64,000 nucleotides of DNA from Macrostomum lignano (taxonomy: Eukaryota). The notes under the pieces are model-generated. The model was given only the letters and a program-made list of their open reading frames with translations. It had not been told where the DNA came from and did not search any database. A program made the translations under genes and the position numbers. Numbering within the stretch: position 1 is the first letter of the stretch; each line of letters starts with the position of its first letter. Shown here piece by piece: positions 12,716-30,335 of this stretch. The stretch is from contig NIVC01002077.1 in the NCBI GenBank assembly GCA_002269645.1, positions 1 through 64,000 of the forward strand, given 5' to 3'.

Positions 12716-13166
12716 AAGGCAATTTCTATAGGCAGTTCCAGTTTCACACGAGGCGGCAACCTTTACTTGAAGTCGTTTTCTTGCAACCTTACTCAGCTGG
12801 ATGTCGCTCCACTGATTGGCTGGGAGACAGATTTGGTTCTGCAGCTCAGAGGCATATTGCTACAACTGCTCCCAGAAGCATTCTCCGGTGGAATCTCCGC
12901 CACAATCGCAAGAAGCTTCGAACTCGCGACCAAACTACATGTAAGACTGTCCCAGCCTCGGAGATGTTCAACGAACTCGTAAAACAATTTAAAGATATTG
13001 ATGACTCGGCATCGGACGATGAGAATGAGTTTGACATGGCTGCAGACGCTACAGGTAAGAAAAACCAGCGGGTCTATGAGAATTTCGCACAGGAAATTTT
13101 CTCACCGAGGTTTTCCCGCATGGTTTTTACAGCCGGAATTTCAAGTCAAATCCAATCGCATTTGAA

Positions 13167-15470
13167 ATCTAGTCTAGTCTAGTTCTAATCTAGTCTAGTT
13201 CTAATCTAGTCTAGTTCTAATCTAGTCTAGTTCTAAACTAGTCTATTTCTAATCTAGTCTAGTTCTAATCTAGTCTAGTTCTCCATCTAGTCTAGTTCTA
13301 ATCTAGTCTAGTTCTAATCTAGTCTAGTTCTAATCTAGTCTAGTTCTAATCTAGTCTAGTTCTAATCTAGTCTAGTTCTAAACTAGTCTATTTCTAATCT
13401 AGTCTAGTTCTAATCTAGTCTAGTTCTCCATCTAGTCTAGTTCTAATCTAGTCTAGTTCTAATCTAGTCTAGTTCTAATCTAGTCTAGTTCTAATCTAGT
13501 CTAGTTCTAAACTAGTCTAGTTCTAATCTAGTCTAGTTCTAATCTAGTCTAGTTCTCCATCTAGTCTAGTTCTAATCTAGTCTAGTTCTAATCTAGTCTA
13601 GTTCTAATCTAGTCTAGTTCTAAACTAGTCTATTTCTAATCTAGTCTAGTTCTAATCTAGTCTAGTTCTCCATCTAGTCTAGTTCTAATCTAGTCTAGTT
13701 CTAATCTAGTCTAGTTCTAATCTAGTCTAGTTCTAAACTAGTCTATTTCTAATCTAGTCTAGTTCTAATCTAGTCTAGTTCTCCATCTAGTCTAGTTCTA
13801 ATCTAGTCTAGTTCTAATCTAGTCTAGTTCTAATCTAGTCTAGTTCTAATCTAGTCTAGTTCTAATCTAGTCTAGTTCTAAACTAGTCTATTTCTAATCT
13901 AGTCTAGTTCTAATCTAGTCTAGTTCTCCATCTAGTCTAGTTCTAATCTAGTCTAGTTCTAATCTAGTCTAGTTCTAATCTAGTCTAGTTCTAATCTAGT
14001 CTAGTTCTAAACTAGTCTAGTTCTAATCTAGTCTAGTTCTAATCTAGTCTAGTTCTCCATCTAGTCTAGTTCTAATCTAGTCTAGTTCTAATCTAGTCTA
14101 GTTCTAATCTAGTCTAGTTCTAAACTAGTCTATTTCTAATCTAGTCTAGTTCTAATCTAGTCTAGTTCTCCATCTAGTCTAGTTCTAATCTAGTCTAGTT
14201 CTAATCTAGTCTAGTTCTAATCTAGTCTAGTTCTAAACTAGTCTATTTCTAATCTAGTCTAGTTCTAATCTAGTCTAGTTCTAATCTAGTCTAGTTTTCA
14301 ATCTAGTCTAGTTTTCAATCTAATCTAGTTTCAATCTAGTCTAGTTTTCAATCTAGTCTAGTTTTCAATCTAGTCTAGTTTTATTCTAGTCTAGTTTTCA
14401 ATCTAGTCTAGTTTTTAATCTAATCTAGTTTCAATCTAGTCTAGTTTTTAATCTAGTCTAGTTTTCAATCTAGTCTAGTTTTCAATCTAGTCTAGTTTTC
14501 AATCTAGTCTAGTTTTTAATCTAGTCTAGTTTCAATCTAGTCTAGTTTTCAATCTAGTCTAGTTTTCAATCTAGTCTAGTTTTTAATCTAATCTAGTTTC
14601 AATCTAGTCTAGTTTTTAATCTAGTCTAGTTTTCAATCTAGTCTAGTTTTCAATCTAGTCTAGTTTTCAATCTAGTCTAGTTTTTAATCTAGTCTAGTTC
14701 TAATCTAGTCTAGTTTTCAATCTAGTCTAGTTTTCAATCTAGTCTAGTTTTCAATCTAGTCTACTTTTCAATCTAGTCTAGTTTTCAATCTAGTCTAGTT
14801 TTCAATCTAGTCTAGTTTTTAATCTAGTCTAGTTTTCAATCTAGTCTAGTTTTCAATCTAGTCTAGTTTTCAATCTAGTCTAGTTTTTAATCTAGTCTAG
14901 TTTTCAATCTAGTCTAGTTTTTAATCTAGTCTAGTTTTCAATCTAGTCTAGTTTTCAATCTAGTCTAGTTTTTAATCTAGTCTAGTTCTAATCTAGTCAG
15001 TTTTTAATCTAATCTAGTTTCAATCTAGTCTAGTTTTCAATCTAGTCTAGTTTTCAATCTAGTCTAGTTTTTAATCTAATCTAGTTTCAATCTAGTCTAG
15101 TTTTTAATCTAGTCTAGTTTTCAATCTAGTCTAGTTTTCAATCTAGTCTAGTTTTCAATCTAGTCTAGTTTTTAATCTAGTCTAGTTCTAATCTAGTCTA
15201 GTTTTCAATCTAGTCTAGTTTTCAATCTAGTCTAGTTTTCAATCTAGTCTAGTTTTCAATCTAGTCTAGTTTTCAATCTAGTCTAGTTTTCAATCTAGTC
15301 TAGTTTTCAATCTAGTCTAGTTTTCAATCTAGTCTAGTTTTTAATCTAGTCTAGTTTTCAATCTAGTCTAGTTTTTAATCTAGTCTAGTTTTCAATCTAG
15401 TCTAGTTTTCAATCTAGTCTAGTTTATGTCTAGCCTAATCTAGTCTAGTCTAGTCTAGGCTAGTTCTAAT
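13167..15470. repeat. CTAG-rich satellite: (TCTAGTCTAGTTCTAA)n, then (TCTAGTCTAGTTTTYAA)n
   Basis: A 16-nt subarray to about 14290, then a 17-nt subarray; variant monomers recur with an exact 500-bp period. Confidence 0.97.
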
Positions 15471-15539
15471 CTAGTCCAGCACTGTCTATAGACTGGATTT
15501 GACTTGAAATTCCGATTGTAAAAACCCTGCGGGCAAACC

Positions 15540-15845
15540 TCCTGCGGGAAAAGCTCGCCGCGGGAAAAGCTCGCCGCGGGAAAAGCTCGGCGCGGGAAAA
15601 GCTCGCCGCGGGAAAAGCTCGCCGCGGGAAAAGCTCGGCGCGGGAAAAGCTCGCCGCGGGAAAAGCTCGCCGCGGGAAAAGCTCGCCGCGGGAAAAGCTC
15701 GCCGCGGGAAAAGCTCGCCGCGGGAAAAGCTCGCCGCGGGAAAAGCTCGCCGCGGGAAAAGCTCGCCGCGGGAAAAGCTCGCCGCGGGTAAAGCTCGCCG
15801 CGGGAAAACCTCGCCGCGGGAAAAGCTCGCCGCGGGAAAACTTCC
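15540..15845. repeat. 16-nt minisatellite (CGCGGGAAAAGCTCGC)n
   Basis: About 19 near-perfect units; the mirror copy at 61040-61145 has about 6 units. Confidence 0.95.
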
Positions 15846-17605
15846 TGCTGGAAGTTTTCGTGCTCCCAAACCAGCATGTCTCTACGGCACGCTCTCTCAC
15901 CACCTCCACTGCCCTGCAATCTTGTTACGTAAAGGAAATTGCTACTAATCTTACTATACATATCGGCAGTTGACCGAATCAACTCTAAAGTATGAATCAA
16001 TGAGATTAGGGTATTAATCCGGGATAAAGAACACTTTAGAAAGGCATTGTCTTTTAAAACAACTATTTATTTGTTATGTGTTACTTCTGTATTGAAGAGA
16101 AAAGATCAATACATTATCAATAGGAAAAACCAGCTTCAAAACTTTGAGGGAATCAGAAGATACAAAATTTAGGGAAAATGCACGCAAGCCCCCCTTTGCA
16201 CTGGGGCCTTATGCAACAGCCTGTGCAACAGGGCTCAAACTCAATGAGTCGAAAGGAAAAGTTAACGAGGAGTGAAATTTCTGATAGAGGACAGGGCGAT
16301 CTCAGGACAGCAATAATGGAATCGAGGCGTTCAACTCAAGCGGCTTGAGTAGGGGGCGACACTTCTATTTGCTCTCGAGATTCGCACCGGGCAAACTTTG
16401 TGAGCGCAAGCCGAAGATCGAGTCAGATAATGCAGCCGAGCGGAGCGCAGCAACAGCATCATGGGAAACATTTCCGCTCGTAATCTCCTGATCTCATGCA
16501 GTTGCCTGGGGACTGTATGCTTCTCAAATTTCCTCTACAACTCGCCTGTGGAGAAGAGGCTACTGAGCGGCAGCTGAAAATCGAGCTCTTGAGCATTTGC
16601 ACTTTTATGCCAGATCTACGATGGCACTTTCAACTTCATGATGAGAGAGTTTCAATTTTCATGATGACTGTTTGCAACAGTGCCTGATGATAACAAATGT
16701 GGGAGGCTGCGGCAGGCACCTTGACGCTGTGCCTTTGCATGGCGACATCGCCTCCCAGAACCAACGCTACGGCAGTTCTGCCCGTTCCACGGCGCAAGAC
16801 TCAGACGCGTTGACCGCTGAGGACGCTGAGCTGCTGCTTCCACAGCAGTGCCTCACAATTAGTTCTTCTGGAAAGTAGAAAATTGCAAGCAATTATAGCA
16901 GCAGCCAAGTATAGTGTATGCTGAATTATAGATACAAGTACATGTAGGAACATATGCAGAATGAGAGGCTGTTTTGAGAAAAAATTGCACTCGTAAGTCC
17001 AAGTCGATCTTACCATTGCATGGACCAGAAATCAGTAAGTGCGAAGAATTGAGAAAAAAATTAGAAAAATCGATTTTAGCAATAATAATAGAAACTCCTT
17101 TTGTATTTATACTAGTGTTAGTAGTATAGAATAGGGAGAACTACAAACAACAATGAATTGGATTGAGAACAGACTGTTGTACTGTTGTACTAAAGCCCAT
17201 GGACACTTGAAGCTGCAGGACCGCTTACTTATCGTATCGCTCTGGAGAAATCGGATTTTTCCCGATCGAATTTGTCTATGGTAAAACCCCATTCAGTGCT
17301 GCGCGTTCTCTGGAGCTAACCACAGATTCTATATTACCTCTGTGGTTCTGATACTTCAGCTGTCAATCATAACCAGGCAAGTTTAAATTTTAAAACAAAT
17401 TCGTTCCTACCAACGAAGAGAAAAAAATTCTTTTGAAAATAAGAAAAAAATGTATCTAGCACAAAAAACAAGTTTTTTTTTAATTTCGTTCCAATCGTTT
17501 GGCAAGAAGCAACTCGTCCCATCAATAAAATTTTATAATATACTTGATCTCCGTACAGTTTTGGACAAAGAATTAACAAAAAATGAAAATATGTTAGGAT
17601 CAATA

Positions 17606-17888
17606 AAGTTTCCGTGATTCGGTGCAGGATGTGATGAAGTCTCAGTGAATCGGTGAGGGGCTTGATGAAGTTTCGGTGAGGTGGTGCAGGATGTGATGAA
17701 GTTTCGGTGAGGTGTTGCAGGATGTGATGAAGTTTCAGTACATCAGTGCGGGGCGTGATAAAGTCTCGGTGAATTGATACAGGATGTAATAATGAAGTCT
17801 CTGTGAATTGGTGCAGAATGTGATGAAGTCTCAATGAATCGGTGGGGGGCTTGATGAAGTTTCAGTGAGTTGTTGCAGGGTCTTGATG
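17606..17888. repeat. Degenerate tandem repeat (GCAGGATGTGATGAAGTTTC... units)
   Basis: Recurring GATGAAGTYTC motif; mirror copy at about 59030-59255. Confidence 0.7.
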
Positions 17889-18099
17889 TACGAGATATAT
17901 TGAGCGATTTGATTCATACTTGGTGAGGATGCAATAAATGATGTTGGTTAGTAACTAATAGTTATCCTTAATCTTATATTGATGCAGTCAGTGTCTATCT
18001 AAGCAGAAGGGTTAGGCTAGCTAAGCAGGTTCCATTAGTCAGGAAGGTAACCTGTCTTCAACTTTGCCTGCCAAAAGTCGGGCGGCACTGAGTCTCCGG

Positions 18100-20274
18100 C
18101 TAGCCGTTGCTCTTCGCCGCGTCTCCAGCAGCCGCAGAAGATTCCCCTGCCGAGGACGGCTGCTGAGCCTCGAGCTTGTGCTCCCGGATTGTCATCTTCT
18201 TGCCGCGCAGGTCAGTCTGCGGCAGGTCCTTCGGCTGTGCGCTGATGCAGCCACCGGATTTGCGGAGAAACTGCGCCACGGCGCTGTGGCCGAACCGCTC
18301 TGCCTCGGCCAGAGGAGTGAAGCCCCAACGGTCCTTCGGGTTAACGTTCACTTCGCAGACTTCTATCAGGAATGTCACGGTCTCCAGGTGTCCTTCGGCT
18401 GAGGCCACATGGATGGCCGTTCGGCCGTCGTAATCGGCGATGTTCATGTCCGTGCCGCAGAGGAATGCCCGTCTGGTAAAGGAGGGCGGAGATACATTAG
18501 AATGTGTAGCGATTGTAGGCTGTCAGTCTGTAGGTCATTGATGGGATAGAAATATCTCGGTGGTCTCGTGTTGGTGACGTCAGTTGCAATAGTTTGGGTT
18601 GTTTGTCGTTTTACTTTCCCATGGGGTTTTAGTGAATCGAAGTGGGAATAATGGTTAGAAATTTGGTCTAAGTACGTGTAAATATTGGGGCTTAACTTGT
18701 GAGTTAAGGCATCACATCAATATGGAGGAGGGTGCTGTTAAATTACCTCAGCGCCGCGATGTCGTCGTTGAAAGCACAGAACAGGATGGACACAACCACG
18801 TCGTTCTTCTGGCTCTCGTTGCTCCTCACAGTTCGTCTTGGGTCCATCTTGTCCTCCGAGTTTATCAGCGAGTCGTAGTTATGGAAGTTAAACTTTGACA
18901 CGAGCTCCTCGCAGAACTTAATGCCCCGATAGGAGTTGCCCTGCTCGTCAAGCGGCGGCGACCACAGAGCGATGCCCATCAGGTTGGGGATGACCAGCAG
19001 GATGACGCCCGACACGCCAGACTTTGCTGGCAGGCCGCACTTAAAGGCGAACTGGCCGCTGTAGTCGTACATTCCACAGCTGTACATTAGGGACAGCGTG
19101 TCCCGCACGGCCTCGGCGGTGAGCACTCGCTCGCCAGTCATCGGGCAGATGCCACCGTTGGCCAGGGTGCCGGCAATGACTGAGGCGGAGCTGCAGGTGA
19201 CCTCCACGGAGCACAGCTGAAAGTAGAAGTCCAGCGTCTCATTCAGATCAGTGCCGGGCGGGAAGCACTTGTTCTCGTTCATGTAGTAAGCCAGGGCGAA
19301 GTTCCGATCTGCCGTGTCGCGCTCCGACAAGAAGGTGGGGTTGTTGAAGCCCAGGAACTCGCCTGGAAAAGTGAAAGTTGGATTGACAGTGTTAACGAGA
19401 ATTCCAAGAGTTACGAATGACCTAATTTGGGATTTTCCTTATTGAGCAGAAAATACTTACCGCCCGCCATTCGCTTGTACTCGTGCGTCACCATGTCAAA
19501 GCGGTCGGCGAGCTTCCTGCTCCGCTGGAGGAGGCTGCACGTGACAATGGCGCCAGCATTAATCATCGGATTGTGCGGAGTCAGCTTGTCGTTGAGCGCG
19601 ATGGAGTTGAAGCTGATGCCGGACGGTTCGTAGCCGACTCTCTCGTGCACCTCGTCGCAGCCGAGCTCCGTGAGGGCCAGGGCATAGTTGAGCGGCTTGC
19701 AGGTGGACTGCAGACAGAATGGGATCTTGTAGTCGCCGTGGTTGTACCGCTGCCCGTCGATAGTGCAGATGGACACGGCCCAGTACTCCGGGTCGAAGCG
19801 GGCGAGCTGCGGGATGTAGCTCGCCGGGGCGCCGTGGCGGTAGGCTCGGCACTTCTCGAAGATGGTCCGAATCTGGTGCGAGAACTCGTGAAACTGCGGC
19901 ACCACGAAGTTGTTGTGCAGGATGGTCAGGAGCATTACGGCATTGTCGCGAACCACCTCCGTGAAGGTCTGCTTGTCCAGAAAGAAGCAGTTCTTGGCGT
20001 CCTCCTCCGATTGCACGTTGCGCTTCTGCAGGTTGCGGATGTTCTGGATGCACTCGAGGAGGCGCGGATCGTCCAGCAGGATGCCGGCGCCCTCGATGCT
20101 GCGAAAAATCCGCGTGATCGAAACCCGATTCTTGTTCGGCTCTTTCAGCGATTCGAAAGCGATCTCGCAGGCGTCGGCGGACTGCATCTCGCGGGAGCGA
20201 CGCTCCACTTCGTCGCGAAGTGTGCGGACGTCATCGGACGAGACGCTCGACCAGCGGCGGAGAGGAGTGTGCAT
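18100..20274 (-). CDS. GLS: Glutaminase (kidney-type architecture with C-terminal ankyrin repeats), copy 1; exons complement(19461-20274, 18747-19362, 18100-18472), 600 aa
   Basis: [15 protein letters not shown], catalytic QSTCKP (S-x-x-K), [59 protein letters not shown]; ankyrin motif [12 protein letters not shown] and [13 protein letters not shown] introns of phase 1 and 2; 1803 nt. Confidence 0.97.
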
Positions 20275-21837
20275 CTGCGGCGGGGCGGGAGGAGCTTAGG
20301 CTGGATGAGGTTCAGAGGAGGCCCGCAAATTTCCAAGTCTACACTGAGTTTCTACAGTAAATGCGCAGGCAGCAAAGTTGTGGGGCCTGAACTGTCAGCA
20401 GTTTGATATGCAGCGTAAATGTTGGCGCAGGACCAAAGCAGGCAGCGTGAAGATTGTTATATTAGCAGTTTGTGCTAAGATCGCGCAGAGCTCTCGAATC
20501 AAGAAAAGAAGCCGTATGCATATTTTAGCAAGCAGACTGCAGTACCGGCCTAGTCAAAGCCAAAGATTTGTATCTGATAAACCGAAATTTGAATTGATAA
20601 AAGCCGTCACAGGATTTTACACCAATTTTCGAGTTGACCCAAATTTCAAGTTCAAATTGGGATCCCGGGATTGAAAAGGTTTCTTATCTTGGTTGGTGCA
20701 ACTTTGGTTTACGAAGCCATCTAATCTAGTAGAACAGAATAAGAGATTTTGTAAACAAGAAGCTGACAGTGAGCTCTGAATTGAAGTGTGATGTACGGGC
20801 TGGCGTAAGGTGTGCTTTTTTACATGCCAGTATCAGCTCAGTAAAATCACAACTTGATTGTGATGTAACCTGGGGAATGATTGCTTACAGAGCTATGGCC
20901 CGATGTACTAATACCAGGGTAAGAAGGGGATCAGACCTCACCCTCCCAGAAGCACCCGCCCTAGATGGAGAATTGGTAGCTTGGGTTGTGGTCCGATAGC
21001 AAGGTCCCACTGTTCTAATCTCAACTACGGCCAAGGAGTTTTGAAGGTAGGGACTGCTTAAAGTAGTTCTTTTTCTTAAGGGTGGGGGGATCCTGATGGT
21101 CAATCCGGGGGATTTTCGAATCCCAGACACTTGTGATTCCGGGATCCCGGGATTGTATTCCCTAGTCTCTATTATGCAGTATCAGAATCAGATCAAGATC
21201 AGCAGCATAAGTGCGAGCACTCACTTAAAACTGATGTGTGCTTATTAGACTTCGAGAAAGATAACAGGCCCAAGAACTCGGTATCTCTGCTTGCAGTCGG
21301 GTCGGGGGGTTCTACAGCAGTTGTGGCGGGAGCTGGTGGCTCAGATATTATTCTACATAAACACACAACGATTGGCTCAGTGGCGGAAATAGTTAAAAGA
21401 AGACCGGCGCTAGAAAGAAGAGAGAGAGAAGAGAAGAGAGGGCAATAGCTTTTTGGGCAGTGTGCTACCCCCCCTTTATTCACTCAGGGTGTACATCTGG
21501 GGTTCTTGTGTTGTTCAGACCCTCAAATCGCTTCTTGCATTATGCTGAACTGGGGTGGGGGGAGAGAGCCCCAGGGCTGGCGCGAAACAGCCCTACCTAG
21601 CCTTATCCACGATTCCACGAAGCCTTCGCTTACTCGCTTCGTGAAGCAGCAGTAGAGCAGTGTAGTGGCAGTCATGTACAATAAAGTACATATAAATGAA
21701 TGTCATTTGTCAAAATTCAAATGGCAGTGCGCTGCCATTTCTCATATTCTCCTACTGCAGCTGCAGCGCAAAAGCAATTTTTAGGTTGCTTTATTCGTTT
21801 TTGTCTACTGAAAGTAGCTTGATAAAGTACGAAGTAT

Positions 21838-22910
21838 TCTGTATGAAAACTGTATGAAAACTGTATGACTGAATAACTGTATGACCGTATGGAAACTGGA
21901 TAAAGACTGAATGAAGGCTGGATGAAGACTAGATAAAGACTGGATAAAGACTGGATAAAAACTGGATGAAGACCGGATGGATGAAGACTGAATAAAGACT
22001 GGATGAAGGCTGGATGTAGAGTGGATAAAGACTGGATGGATGAAGACTGGATAAAGACTGGATGAAGACTAGATGAAGGCTGGATGAAGGCTGGATGAAT
22101 ATGCCTACGAATTCCAAGTACGCCATGGCCGTACAGATTCAGTGTTATAATAAATGCATATCTAGACGAACAGAAATCTGATTTTTTAAAATAGTTCATT
22201 TCGGTCAGTTGAACTTTGAGAGCAACAATTATGATCAGCGACTTGTCGGCGAGTGAACGAACAGGCGGGACGGACCATGTGACGTGACTGGCCGAGATTA
22301 AGCGGCAACATATGGCGGCCTCCCCTTCCTGGCTTTGCCTTTTTAATTTCAGCTTTTTTGTCCGATATATAGGGCAGGAAATTTTGCAACCTCCAGGTTG
22401 ATCGACAGTCTAGTTGAGAAGGAATTACCTGAACGGCATAGCGTGAAAATTTTGCTTGAGCTGTCAGTTTCGTTGCGCACGTCAGGAGTAGAAAACAGGG
22501 TTTTTGTTCTGCCAGCTCAATTCAGTCATGTGCCGAGTGAGTCAAGAGTGCAGCACCGACTTTTAGCGTTTCGGCATCTTTTTGTACAAAGACTGGGCAG
22601 AGACTGGATGAGAACTGGATAAGGACTTGATAAAGACTGGATGAAGAGTGGATAAAGACTGGGTAAAGACTGGATGAAGACTGGGTAAAGACTGGATGAA
22701 GATTGGATGAAGACTGGATGAAGACTGGATGAAGACTGGATGAAGACTGGATAAAGACAGGATAAATACTGTATGAAGACTGGATAAAGACTGGATAAAG
22801 ACCGGATGAAGACTGGATGAAGACTGGATAAAGACTGGATAAAGACCGGATAAATACTGGATAAAGACCGGATGAAGACTGGATGAAGACTGGGTGAAGA
22901 CTGGATAAAG
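21838..22910. repeat. Two 11-nt (GACTGGATRAA)n arrays (21838-22100, 22588-22910) around a unique segment
   Basis: Tandem units visible directly; mirror copies at about 53440-53870 and 54355-54790. Confidence 0.9.
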
Positions 22911-23188
22911 AATCAATAAAGGCTAGATAGATGCACAAAGGATTGCATTGTACCAGTACAGTACATAGGCATGGAATATTCGTGTGGGACTTGGCAAGAC
23001 TTTTCTATTGGTTTTAAAACTGGCGAGGACAGAGCCAGCCCCCCATGCCCAATGGCAAGTGTCCAACCAACCGAAACGTTTAAAAATTGGTGGATAAATT
23101 TCCCCCGACCAAAAAACTGGGAATTCCAATCCCAGAAAAAATTGGACAGTCCCACCAGCTCAGCAATAATATTCCCAATGTCAGCGCC

Positions 23189-28215
<5,027 letters not shown>

Positions 28216-28717
28216 GACATCCATATTGCTGTATTTGAACACCCAGTTTCAGTTCTAAGCACTGGGAAGCACAGGTTCCGGATATCCGGTTTTCCATGCC
28301 CTCGTTGTAAAGAAGCCTGCAAATTTGCTTGGCACAATTGATGCGAGCATGCAGTATTGTTCTCCTCGGATAGGGCATGCGGAACCCAGATTAAGGTGCA
28401 AATACTTCCTGCACTGTTGATTTTTCAACTTCCAAAAAGTCAGCGAGGTCTCGGAGACTGTTGGATACTGAGAAATTAATATTAAGCTCGCCCCTGCCCC
28501 CAATAATTTTTACCATAGACATATACGAGTCTATTATTGAAATTATATGTGCGCCATGCCAACAGCTAATTAACTGGTTCTTTCTTGCCTAATTGACACA
28601 TTCTCACGACTTTTCGGACAGCCGAAGTATTTAGCGGCCGTCTCCGAGGCCCTGGGATTGGGCCACAGACACCAGCTGCTGCTAGCGCTTCAGAGCAGCA
28701 AAAGCTACAGTCTATGG

Positions 28718-29366
28718 CAGGGGTCAGGAAACTTTTACCCCAAGGGCCAGACAGAGAACCTAAAGTATGACTGCGGACTAGAGGGGGGGGGTAGAGGAAA
28801 GGGAACAGAGAAGAGAGATAAAAGAAAGGAGAGGCTAGAGGAAAATGAGAAGGGTGAAGAGAAGAGGAGAGTGGAGAGAAGAGGAGAGAGAGGAGAGGAG
28901 AGGAGAGGAGAGGAGAGGAGAGGAGAGGAAAGGAGAGGAGAGGAGAGGAAAGGAGAGGAGAGGAGAGAGGAGAGGAGAGAGGAGAGGAGAAGAGAGGAGA
29001 GGAGAGGAGATGAGATGAGAGGAGAGGAGAGGAAAGGAGAGGAAAGGAGAGGAGAGGAGAGGAGAGAGGAGAAGAGAGAGGAGAGGAGAGAGGAGAAGAG
29101 AGAGGAGAGGAGAGAGGAGAGGAGAGAGGAGAGAGGAAAGGAGAAGAGAGAGGAGAGGAGAGAGGAGAGGAGAGGTGAGGGGAGAAGAGAGAGGAGAGGA
29201 GAGAGGAGAGGAGAGGTGAGGGAGAAGAGAGAGGAGAGGAGAGAGGAGAGAAAATAGGTGATTAGAGAGGAGAGCAGAGAAGAGACACAAACCTTAAGCG
29301 GGCCGGATTGCTATTGTGCAGTTCCAAGGACCGATGGCTTCGCGGGCCGGAGTTTGCCGACCCCTG
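28718..29366. mobile_element. Non-autonomous hAT (Charlie-like) element with a (GAGAG)n-filled interior
   Basis: Termini CAGGGGTCAGGAAAC and the reverse complement of CAGGGGTCGGCAAAC; 8-bp flanks GTCTATGG / GTCGATGG (7/8); subterminal GCGGGCCGGA motifs; purine microsatellite at about 28850-29290. Confidence 0.8.
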
Positions 29367-29909
29367 GTCGATGGTGCAGCTCCAGGCGGCTGGAGTGGCC
29401 CATCTACAATTGATGCTCACAGAACCTGTGCTAGGAAGCCAGTCAAGCAGAACATCGAACCCATAGATAGAATGCCAACGATCGATGAGAAGGTGAAGCC
29501 GGTTTTATTTTGATTCATTAACTTGCCTTTCAGCCATAAACGTTACTTTGAAAATGGCCGAATTTATCGGCTGATAAATTTTGTCAACTGGCGAAGACAA
29601 ATGAAGCATTAAAGAAAGTTGACAGATCTCTCATGTTCTCTCCAGTTGTCTGTGGCAAAACCTGATTAGATTGAACGCATTCTGAAAAATCTGCTTATGA
29701 AAACGCGCAGTACATTTACATGCCTCCCGGCTCCATTAGTACCGGTACGTCTGACGTATGAAACAGCAGATTCGGTCCCCGCTAGCATCTGTGGCGCTTT
29801 TCGAATCAAAAGTCTAATGAACTCCGATCGTAGTCACTCCACGACTCCAATGTCTCTATCGTGTCTCATAAAATTCCTGATATTTCAGTATATATTCCAC
29901 TAGACTATT

Positions 29910-30335
29910 GTCTCAGTCTCAAATCTCTGTCAGTTTCTAATCTCTCAGTCTCTGATCTCTCCCAGTTTCTTATCTCTTAGTCTCTGATGTCTCTCAGTCT
30001 CCAATCTCTCAGTCTCTGATGTCTCTCAGTCTCTGATGTCTCTCAGTCTCTATTCTCTTTCAGTCTCTAATCTGTCTCTAAACTCTCTGTCTCTAACCTC
30101 TCAGTCTCTAATCTCCCTGTCTCTAATCTCTCAGTCTCTAATCTGTGTCTCAAACCTCTCTCAGTGTCTAATATCTCAGTGTCTAATCTCTCTCAGTGGC
30201 TAATCTCTCAGTGTCTAATCTCTCTCAGCCGCCAAGCTCCCTCAATATCTAATCTCTCAGTCTCTAATCTCTCCCAGCCCATAATCTCTCTGAATGTCTG
30301 TCTAATCTCTCAGTCTCTAACCTTTCTCTAATCTA
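29910..30335. repeat. Degenerate (TCTCTCAGTCTCTAA)-like tandem repeat
   Basis: Recurring TCTCTCAGT(C/G)TCTAA units; mirror copy at about 45420-45840. Confidence 0.8.

Larger units (their letters stand above)
13078..15859. mobile_element. Foldback-like element: inverted termini enclosing a CTAG-rich array
   Basis: 13108-13154 matches the reverse complement of 15494-15540 at 43/47, with weaker similarity extending to about 13078/15859. The right terminus contains an expanded 16-nt subrepeat. No TSD found and no coding capacity. Confidence 0.45.

Noticed and set aside
16461-16577. 38-aa ORF (MGNISARNLLISCSCLG...VEKRLLSGS) with a KR site, present in both arms
   Set aside because: Too short, with no clear signal peptide or repeated amidation motif; its conservation is explained by the duplication.
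17318-17347. 9-bp hairpin AACCACAGA/TCTGTGGTT
   Set aside because: Short stems like this are expected by chance; no adjacent CTRR end or other Helitron evidence.
6003-20274. Bacterial horizontal transfer of an asparaginase/glutaminase acid-resistance module
   Set aside because: Both genes have spliceosomal introns and the ankyrin-tailed architecture of animal ASPG and GLS.
21616-21643. 8-bp hairpin CACGAAGC/GCTTCGTG
   Set aside because: Could be a transposon end motif, but no partner terminus or TSD was identified.
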